This document shows, one piece after another, positions 19,644 to 27,801 of a DNA stretch of 64,000 nucleotides (its first letter is position 1; each line of letters opens with the position of its first letter). The stretch spans positions 4,158-68,157 of IMG/VR virus record IMGVR_UViG_3300036859_000312; one strand, given 5' to 3'. The notes below the pieces were generated by a model. That model had not been told where the DNA came from, searched no databases, and saw only the letters and a program-made list of their open reading frames with translations. A program made the translations under genes and the position numbers. The stretch is from a virus.

Positions 19644-19958
19644 GCAGGGCTTGGGCGAGGCCAAGACACAGAAACCGTTCGATGATGGCTGTCGACGTCC
19701 GCGCAGGACCGTAACCCGCCTTACGAGGTGGCTAACCGGACCCAACGACAGAGGCTTAGGACGGCAGACGGGCACTTAGGTGCCCCGGAGGCCCATGACC
19801 CCAAGCCTTGCTCGCATTCCCTGGCCTTTGGATGACACCCGCTCCGTGAGTCACGTTCAACGTCATCGAGCCTCCGGGCCATGGCAGGACATTGACCCCT
19901 CCGGTTTGGTGAGAAGCCCCCCGTGCCGGGGGATGCGAGCAGGGAGGACCCCTGCATT
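19644..19958 (+). ncRNA. Structured RNA element, copy 1
   Basis: 19644-55 pairs 19800-11; 19806-25 pairs 19925-44; terminal GCAGGG-AGGA-CCCCTGCA. Confidence 0.65.
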
Positions 19959-19976
19959 CCCGTGGAAAGGACCCCC

Positions 19977-20711
19977 ATGAACACCATTACTCACGTTCGC
20001 GCCAAGCTGTCTTGCCATCACACGGTCGAAGTTCCCGAAGGTCAGCCTGAAGGGGCGACGGTCGGATGCGAGAAGTGCCCTACCGGCAAGGACGGCGAAG
20101 TCCGCACGCGGCGCATCAAGCGCCTTCTGGGCGCCTGCCCGCCTCCCGAGGTCATTGAGACTGTCGGCAACATCAGTGACGGGCAAGTCGCCATCGCAAC
20201 CGTGCCGACCGAAGATGCTGAGCTGGTCGCCCAGCTGGAGGCCTCTATCGCAATGGTTGAGGCGGCCAGGCCTGCTGAGGGCCGTATGGAGCGCCTGGAG
20301 TTGGCCAAGGCAGAACACGAGGCCATAAAGGCGTGGAATGCAGCTGGCCGGAAAGGCTCCAAGCCCGTCACCCCCAACCTCGATGCGATGAACGCTGACT
20401 ACGCGGCGGGTGTGAAGCCCTCGAAACGGGCCAAGTCGTCCAACCCGCAGGTCACCCCCGTGCGCAAGGCCGGTCACCGGTTCTTTCGTCGTGGTAACCC
20501 GTTCACAGATCGGGAGAACAAGCTGTCCAACATCGCTTGGCAGGCCACGAAGGGCCTGGGCGAGAACGGAGGCCGCTTGGACACAGTGCAGCTCACCCAG
20601 CTGCTCGCCGACAACGGCATCACGGACCCGTATAACACCGAGTGGGCCCTGACGTTGGCGAACGGTGTCACGATCGAGGCCCGCATCCTCACCGATCAGC
20701 CTCCTGCCTGA
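19977..20711 (+). CDS. Hypothetical protein with N-terminal Zn ribbon
   Basis: LSCHH...CEKC; CCCGTGGAAAGGA RBS. Confidence 0.75.
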   Translation: MNTITHVRAKLSCHHTVEVPEGQPEGATVGCEKCPTGKDGEVRTRRIKRLLGACPPPEVIETVGNISDGQVAIATVPTEDAELVAQLEASIAMVEAARPAEGRMERLELAKAEHEAIKAWNAAGRKGSKPVTPNLDAMNADYAAGVKPSKRAKSSNPQVTPVRKAGHRFFRRGNPFTDRENKLSNIAWQATKGLGENGGRLDTVQLTQLLADNGITDPYNTEWALTLANGVTIEARILTDQPPA

Positions 20712-20813
20712 CACCCCATTGCCGCGGATCTGTTAGCGCGGCTACGGTAGGGTTCGCTTAGCAGCCGCACCCCTGGAGGGCGCCCCACCTACAACAGAAT
20801 TCCCCTAGCGAAC

Positions 20814-20940
20814 GCAGGGTCCGGGAGTTTCCCTGGATGGTCAGTCCCGGACCTTGCACGCAGCCACCAGCTGTCCGGTAAACGCGCACAGCCGGATCAC
20901 GAAGAGGTTGGTGGCTGCGTGCAGGGAGGACCCCTGCATT
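20814..20940 (+). ncRNA. Structured RNA element, copy 2
   Basis: 20814-26 pairs 20845-57; 20852-72 pairs 20906-26; terminal GCAGGG-AGGA-CCCCTGCA. Confidence 0.65.
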
Positions 20941-20963
20941 ATTTCCCGTGGAAAGGAATCAAC

Positions 20964-22034
20964 ATGCCCGCATTCTTCGATTGTGGTTTCTCGGTCCGTC
21001 AGCCCATGTGGCATGGCGCTGGTGTCGTCTTGGACGACTACCCCGAGGATTGGGATGCCGCCCGTCTGGCCGCTGGCCTGATGTGGGAACCCACCCCCAA
21101 GCCCGTCTATACGCAGCACCTGCTGACCGCCGTTCAGGCGGAGGCTCTGATCGCCGACGGTGGCGAAGCCCATCGAATCGACCAGCCGTCCTACTCGAAC
21201 CCGGACGCCAAGTACCGGTACATGGTCGCCGAATCCGACTTCCAGGCCATCGCCCGGGACGACACCGGCGACGTGCTGGCGGTGCCCGGTTCCGGTTTCA
21301 AGGCCGTGACTCACGCTCAGATGGGCGAGGTCATCGAAGCGGTCCTGGAATCCGATCAGGGCGTCAAGTTCGAGACCGCTGGCAGTTGCCGCGGTGGCCG
21401 CCAGGTGTGGGCGCTTGCCTACCTGGATGAGCCCTACCAGATCGGCGGAGACAGCAGCCCGATCTATCCGTTCCTGGCGTTCCTGAACGGCCATGACGGC
21501 TCGGCTGCCTGCAAGCTCCCGATCACCGACGTGCGGGTTGTGTGCTGGAATACCTGGAACGCAGCCGCTGCCCAGGGTGACCGCACAGGCGCCCAGTACG
21601 TGTTCAAGCACGTCGGGGACATCTCCCAGCACATCGAGGACGCCAAGGACGCCCTGAAGCAAGTGCGTGAGGACTCGAAGGCCACCCGGGCCCTGTTCGA
21701 GGAACTGGCCAAGGTCCCGGTGAACGACGATCAGGTCAAGACGTTCACGCAACTGTTCCTGCCGTCGCCGGCCGACAAAGGCGATTTCGTCTCGGAGCGT
21801 GTCGCCGGGAACATCGCCAAGGCACGGGCCAAGTTCATCCATCTGCATGACGAGGCGATCACGACCGACGGGATCCGCGGCACGGCCTACGGGCTGCTGC
21901 AAGCCTCTACCGAGTACCTCGACCATGTGCGTGGCTTCCGCAGCAACGACACCTACATGGGCCGCACGTTGCTGAAGCCCGAGAAGCTGAAGGCGGAGGC
22001 CTTGGCGCTGATCGGGGAGATCACGAGCAACTAG
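20964..22034 (+). CDS. DUF932 (TIGR03299-like) phage/plasmid protein
   Basis: MWHGAG...AGLMW, ETAGSCRGGRQVW, NGHDGS, RVVCWNT, GTAYGLLQA.TEY.DH. Confidence 0.85.
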   Translation: MPAFFDCGFSVRQPMWHGAGVVLDDYPEDWDAARLAAGLMWEPTPKPVYTQHLLTAVQAEALIADGGEAHRIDQPSYSNPDAKYRYMVAESDFQAIARDDTGDVLAVPGSGFKAVTHAQMGEVIEAVLESDQGVKFETAGSCRGGRQVWALAYLDEPYQIGGDSSPIYPFLAFLNGHDGSAACKLPITDVRVVCWNTWNAAAAQGDRTGAQYVFKHVGDISQHIEDAKDALKQVREDSKATRALFEELAKVPVNDDQVKTFTQLFLPSPADKGDFVSERVAGNIAKARAKFIHLHDEAITTDGIRGTAYGLLQASTEYLDHVRGFRSNDTYMGRTLLKPEKLKAEALALIGEITSN

Positions 22035-22047
22035 TTCCCCGCCACCA

Positions 22048-22153
22048 GCAGGGCACGGGACACCCCGTCCACGCCCCGTGCCCTGCGTGAGCTGTACCGA
22101 CCGGCATTACAGCGGACCGGTCGGTACAGCTCACGCAGGGAGTTCCCTTGCAT
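22048..22153 (+). ncRNA. Structured RNA element, copy 3
   Basis: 22048-59 pairs 22075-86; perfect 24-bp stem 22081-104/22117-140; terminal GCAGGG-AGTT-CCCTTGCA. Confidence 0.65.
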
Positions 22154-22299
22154 GCGAGACGCCCGGGTTGCTGATGCCGCGCAGCATTAGCCGTCGGGCT
22201 AGCACGATCGTGAAAGCACCCCTAACCGGACTCGCTGGATGATCCGGGCGCCTCGATATCAACCCCCAGCGATCACAACCCCCGTGGAAAGGACACCCA

Positions 22300-23268
22300 A
22301 TGCTCAACGACATCGCCAAGCTCCCCAAGTGGGCGCAGATACACATCCGCGATCAGGCAGCCAAGATCAGCCGCCTAGAGATTCAGGTCACGGACATACA
22401 GCTCGCCCGCAACGCGGGCGCGAGCGATACCGAAACGTTCGTGGACCACGTCATCCCCCATGACGACGACCCGCAACGCTTTCAGCGGCTGCCGCGAGGC
22501 GCACACATCGTGTGGTGGACAGGCGAGGGCTACCCCGTCCCGCACTTCGGCCGCATTGGCGCCTATTGGAACTTCAGCGAGCAGGCAGTGGTGCTCACTA
22601 CTTCCGGTGCGGGTCGTCTCTCGGTCGAACCGCAGATGAACAACTGCGTACTGATCCGGGAGACGGGCCGATGAGCGACGACCGCAACACCGAACGCCGT
22701 CAGCTTCGAGTCGTCAAGGTCGAGGGACTGCGAGACAGCGGCTGGGTGGAGGTCTCCGCTGATGACGGCGGAAACAACACGGTCACCTACACGACCACAG
22801 CCGACCGGGCGCCCCGTGTGGGCGTCAACGTCAGCGTCTACATCGAGGTCATCCGATGAACGCTCTCACAGCGATCGCTGAGGCCCGCGCCGAGTTGTCC
22901 GCTCTATCTCGCGGGCCCGGTATGGCCCTGACAGCCGACACCCCTTCGATCCGCTATGCCGGCCGTGACGGCTGGATAGCGGCCCGTAGTGGCGCTTTGG
23001 GCCCCGAGGCCCGGGTGTTCAGCACTCTGAGCCTGGCGTTCGCGTTCACAGAGGCTGCACGGTGATCGGCTACCAGCCCAGGCACATGGCGTCGTCTGAG
23101 ACGGCCTATGTTGCCTTGTGCGGCGATCGACAGGTCCGCCATAACGGCACCTTCCCGACGATCGGCCAGGCCGCTGACTGGACAATCAACGGCCTGTGTT
23201 GCCTCGGCCGTCATCGCGTCATCCTCGCGGATATGTGCCCGACTCAGCTCGGGACAGCCGACGGGTAG
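22300..23268 (+). other. Four small coupled ORFs (22300-22674, 22671-22859, 22856-23065, 23062-23268)
   Basis: ATGA/GTGA overlaps; CCCGTGGAAAGGA RBS at 22281. Confidence 0.65.
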
Positions 23269-23273
23269 CATCC

Positions 23274-23394
23274 CCTAAGACCGCTACCGGGCTTCCTCCG
23301 AGGTTCGGGCGGGCTCCTTCCACGGGAGTTAGACACACCCCCACGACCTGTGCCTCACCCGGCCCTCCAGTCGTGGGGGTGTGTCGCGTCTAGG
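23274..23394 (+). ncRNA. Cloverleaf-like candidate antisense sRNA
   Basis: Three hairpins (23287-308, 23313-329, 16-bp stem 23332-385) within a closing stem; loops are pyrimidine-rich and anti-SD-like. Confidence 0.5.
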
Positions 23395-23759
23395 CTTAAG
23401 CCCGTCTCACAACCATGAACCATGGAGCGGACGCGGGGGACACTGGTGCTTTCGCCTGGTGCCGCGGTGGTAGATGCGATGATCCGGCCACAGTGTGAAG
23501 GCCGGGGAGCCAAACCACTGAACCCCCGCACCTCTACTCTCAACACACATGCAACCCGACCCCTGAACTTCCAACACTCGGAGTATCCGATGATCCGTCG
23601 CCTTTGGTCTCGTCGGGCCCGCCGCCGGTTGCGGCGCCGGGCGATAGGGGTGCAGTTGCCACCCGAGCAGGCCGCTCAGCTGAACACGACAGCGTGGCGA
23701 CGGGCTGACGGCCAGGACGTTCGTGCGTCGACGTCACCGGTCCGTTACCGTCTGTGACC

Positions 23760-24431
23760 ATGGCGAACGGACACGGCGGTAGACGACCAGGCGCAGGGGC
23801 TGTGCCCCGCAACCTGCACGACGTCATCGACCGTCGTGAAAACAACGACGGCACGGTCACAGAAGTAACGGTCCTGGACCGGATCGAAGAAGCCATGCGT
23901 TCGGGCGGGTTCCTCCACGACGCCGCGGCCCGTGTCGGTATCACTGTTGAGACGTTGCGGGACTGGCGCCGCCAGGGCGTCCGAGCCCACCTGGACATCT
24001 TGAACGGCCGCAAGTCCCGGTCGGAGTTCAAACCCCGCGAGCTGGACTACCTGGACATGGCCCTCCGTATGGAGAAAGCGGAGACCGACGCCCGCCTGTT
24101 CCTGCTCGGTACCGCCCAGCAGCTGGCCCGTGGCGGTATCCCCCAGGTGGAACGCACAGTTCGCACGGTCCCCGCCCGGAACGGCAAACCGGAAACGGTA
24201 GAGACGATCGAGAAGACGACAGCGACGTTGCCGGACGCCGGCACGATCCGCTGGCTGCTCTCTCACCGTTGGCCCAACGACTTCGCGGGCCGTGTGGAGA
24301 TCACCGGGCCCGAGGGCGGACCTATCCAGCACGACACCACAAACGCGATCGGCAAGCTCCGCGAACTGATCGGCAACACCCAAACCAACCAGCAGCCCGC
24401 ACCGGAACCCACCGGCAACGGACACCACTAG
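23760..24431 (+). CDS. terS: Terminase small subunit
   Basis: GGRRPGAG start, HTH (DAAARVGITVETLRDW), WLL..RWP..F and VEITGPEGGPI. Confidence 0.75.
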   Translation: MANGHGGRRPGAGAVPRNLHDVIDRRENNDGTVTEVTVLDRIEEAMRSGGFLHDAAARVGITVETLRDWRRQGVRAHLDILNGRKSRSEFKPRELDYLDMALRMEKAETDARLFLLGTAQQLARGGIPQVERTVRTVPARNGKPETVETIEKTTATLPDAGTIRWLLSHRWPNDFAGRVEITGPEGGPIQHDTTNAIGKLRELIGNTQTNQQPAPEPTGNGHH

Positions 24432-24451
24432 CCCCCCAGGACACGCACCCC

Positions 24452-24679
24452 ATGTTGTTCCGCCGCAGACCCCGGATCCCCACCGTGAATGAAATGTCGA
24501 TCCGCCACTACCTGGAGTGCGATACCTGCGAAGCGACTGGCCCTGTGTACGGCACCGTCCAACACCCGGGTTGTGACGGCATCCCGTTGCTGCGTCACGA
24601 GGTCTTGAATCCATGGTGGGAGGACGGACCGACCATCACTAGCCCCTGTAGCTCAATGGATAGAGCGACGGGTTCCTAA
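24452..24679 (+). CDS. Hypothetical protein whose 3' end overlaps tRNA-Arg
   Basis: CxxC motif; AGGA RBS. Confidence 0.4.
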   Translation: MLFRRRPRIPTVNEMSIRHYLECDTCEATGPVYGTVQHPGCDGIPLLRHEVLNPWWEDGPTITSPCSSMDRATGS

Positions 24680-24714
24680 CCCGAGGACTACAGATTCGAT
24701 TCCTGTCAGGGGTG
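24642..24714 (+). tRNA. tRNA-Arg(CCT), possibly degenerate
   Basis: GCCCCTG-TA-GCTC-AATGGATA-GAGC...TTCCTAA...TTCGATT...CAGGGGT-G; mismatches at the top of the anticodon stem and at 53:61; no encoded CCA. Confidence 0.75.
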
Positions 24715-25304
24715 CAACGCCCGCAAGTCGGCCGGTGCTGGCTGCCCGACCGGACGGGCTACCGCCAGCACGTCACGGTGAACCTGCCGCCAGCAGGACC
24801 CGTAAACGGCTGACGGCAGCCCAGCGGGCGCCCACTAACATCCCCACCCGGTAGCCTGCCGGTGGGCATCCATGCGGCAGGGGTGCCCCCGAGCTGCCCA
24901 GGGGCCAGGGTACGAAGCGGGTAGCTCCCGCGGGACACTGGCAATCCCGTCGACTCGGAGGGAACCGCCGATCGCCCTTGGCCTGGAGATGCACTGGACC
25001 AGGGGCGCGGCCTACCAGCCCCGGCACCTATACTCCGCCCCGCCACGATGATGATGATGGTGATTGCGAGACCAGGGGACCGGGCCCTAGCTCGGCAGCG
25101 CCACGGACCCCGTCCCCTGGCCCCTCCCCCTGCTAGCCTCCCTAACCGGGCGTGGACGGCCGTCTGACCATTGAAAGATGGCCACCCGCTTGCTGGACGA
25201 GACCTTGCACTCGCTCAAGCGGTTGCCGCCGCGCAGCGGCTCAAGGCGACCGACACGCCCCAACCCCCTTAACCCCCAAACGCAACCGCGGTAACATGAC
25301 CGGC

Positions 25305-25814
25305 ATGCGTTCCCGCGACGTCGCCGATCTCGCCGGCATCAGCTACAGGCAACTCGACTATCTAACCCGACACCCCGAATCCCCCATCAACCATGACCCA
25401 AACGTCGCCTACCGCGGCTCCGGCGTCTATCGCGAATGGACACCCCATCAGGCAGTACGCCTCCTCCTAGCAGCCCACCTCTCCGCCGCGACCGTCGCCA
25501 TCACCGACAACGGCAGCCCTTTCAACGCCTACGCCTTCGCGCTGCTCCGCTACAACGACCCGATCCCCACCACAGGATGGGTCGCCTGTAACACCGAACC
25601 CGACGCAGGACTCGAATTCTCGTTCGCGGACAACCCCGTGGACCTGATGGCCGCGATCGAAACGATGCGCTCCGCTCTGGTCACCGCCTACGACCTGCAA
25701 GAACTCGCCACAGCACGCCGGCCCCGCTACCGCAAAGACGACCGGGCCTACGCCCTGCTGGTCCACGAGCTGATCACCGCGGCAGCCCGGCCCTGCCAGC
25801 CGACTCCCGCATGA
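25305..25814 (+). CDS. MerR-like HTH protein
   Basis: MRSRDVADLAGISYRQLDYL...GSG.YR; leaderless, 7 nt after TAACAT. Confidence 0.75.
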   Translation: MRSRDVADLAGISYRQLDYLTRHPESPINHDPNVAYRGSGVYREWTPHQAVRLLLAAHLSAATVAITDNGSPFNAYAFALLRYNDPIPTTGWVACNTEPDAGLEFSFADNPVDLMAAIETMRSALVTAYDLQELATARRPRYRKDDRAYALLVHELITAAARPCQPTPA

Positions 25815-27359
25815 CCGTTGACACGCAGCCGGCCCCTAGCCGGCACGTCACCGATGTCCGCCACGACATCTGCCACCTGACCTGCTGCTACGACAGGAAC
25901 ACGGCCCTATGCGGGATGGACGTCACAGATACTCCGGTCGGCTCTCCTGACGACCCTGTCTGCATCACCTGCGACATGACCGACTGCCCGTATCTGTGCC
26001 CTCCGCTGCCGGTCGACTAGGAGAACCCCCGTGAAGTTCCACGAGATCCCCAACGGCACATACGTGTTGCAGTGCCCGGACTGTCTTGAATTCTTGGCGT
26101 TCCATCCCGCTGACCTCGACCGCGCCGAACAGGCGACCGCCGATCACCAACAGCTATGCACCCACACCCCGGACGGCGAGGCCAGGGCCTGCACGTTGGG
26201 CGGGTTTCAGCACTGCCATTGTTCGGGCATGTCGGGGGTGTGCTGCTGGTGCGGCGCAGATCTGGAGACCATGGGCTGATGGGTGGCATCAAGTTCGTTG
26301 GCGCCACGGACCTCACGGAAATGGTGGTGATCGCGCATACGCCTCGCGGTACTGCTGTCGTGCTGGGTACCACAGGGGAGACGGGTGTCTTGGAGGCGGC
26401 TTCGGAGATCGTGCGCAAACAGGCCGACTTCCTCGGTGTCGACAGACTCGACGTTGTTATTGACGTTGCCCATTCGCAAGTCAGGCAGGTCAGGGACGTC
26501 TACACATACGAGGGCTCGTGATCATTCACCCCGTCTACACGCTGCACGTCCGGCTGATCGACCCGCCAGACGACCCTGAGCGGGCCTGGACGCTCGCCCT
26601 GACGGCTGACATGGCTAATTGCCTGATGCAGGCTCCGAGCGAGTGGGCGGCTTTCTGGGAGGCAATGCAGAGCATCGTCTGCCAGTACCTCGAACTCCCT
26701 GCTGGTGTGCTCGCCTGGACGGTAGAGCCCTACAACCCCGCCAACCTCCGCTACCAGGACGTCCATCGATGACACAGCCGACCGAGTATGTGCTGCACGC
26801 GGAACTCCTAGTTCCCCGCTCTAGCCAGGGCCTGCCGGCCCGTGTTGTTGCGCTGGGTCTACAGAACAGCTGCGTAATGACCATCCCCCCGAGCGTCCTG
26901 AACCTGATCGAGGCCGACAATTGGCCGATCGTCGGGGCGATGCTGCAATGCCCCATGTGCGCCGCTATGCACGTCGATCCGTCGGAGCTGGCCTGGTGGA
27001 TGGCACCTATCAGAGACGAGAGCGACGATGACACAGCCGACTGAGGACCACCCGAAACGCTCCGTCCTGGAGGGGCTGAGGAACTGGCTGGTCCTGTTCT
27101 GGCCGACCTGCCCCGCGTATGACCCGGACAACCGTGACGGCTACGACCGGTGCCGCCGTCTGCGCTGGCACGGGGGCCGTCATCACACCTGGGGCCACCA
27201 CTCATGGAAGTGACCTGGTGGGTTCACTGGCGGCTACGCAGTCTCGGGCTGCAATGCCGGGCCATCGGCTACTGCGGCCCCGGACGGGTGCCTGTCCGCT
27301 GTCAACGCCTGGTGCATCTGAGAGGGGAGCACGTTGGGTTTAGTCACTCTTGGAAGTGA
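25811..27359 (+). other. Small ORFs (25811-26020, 26031-26279, 26279-26521, 26518-26772, 26769-27044, 27028-27213, 27210-27359)
   Basis: Coupled start/stop codons; several are Cys/His-rich. Confidence 0.6.
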
Positions 27360-27462
27360 GATCGTTCGCGTGGGCAATAACGATCGCGTAGAAGTGACCT
27401 TGCCTCACCGGCCGGAGACCGCTACCGCCCGGTAATTATCGACGGAGAGTGATATTCGGGCC

Positions 27463-27801
27463 ATGTTCACCCTTGACAGTTACGACGTGTGGGACGTGTG
27501 GCCCGCCGCGACTCGTGTGCTGATGGCTCTGATCCGGGTGTATGCCCGTGATGGTCGGGCCACGGTCAGGTCAGTCGCTGCGGAGGTTGATCTGGGAGCG
27601 TCGACAACGTTGGCTCATCTGCGCCGGCTGCGCCGGTTCGGGTTGGTCGACTGGGCTGATGGTCAGACGGGCACTCTCCGCCCGCTGGTCGGCCCGGTGC
27701 TGTTCCTTGGGGATTGGCCGTGCCCGGTCTGTCACGACGAGTTCCCGAGAGACCATCACGTGTGTATGCGGGACTGGATCGAAGCGACGTCGGCCCGCTG
27801 A
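27463..27801 (+). CDS. LexA-like winged-HTH protein
   Basis: ATVRSVAAEVDLGASTTLAHLRRLRRFGLVDW; C-terminal CxxC; no peptidase domain. Confidence 0.65.
   Translation: MFTLDSYDVWDVWPAATRVLMALIRVYARDGRATVRSVAAEVDLGASTTLAHLRRLRRFGLVDWADGQTGTLRPLVGPVLFLGDWPCPVCHDEFPRDHHVCMRDWIEATSAR

Noticed and set aside
19770-19800. SAM-IV riboswitch-like GGTGCCCCGG...ATGACC
   Set aside because: Upstream conserved elements are absent and there is no sulfur-metabolism gene downstream
22165-22220. Hammerhead-like CTGATG...GAAA
   Set aside because: Core is not CTGANGA, and the CTGATG is paired in a local hairpin (GCTGATGC/GCATTAGC)
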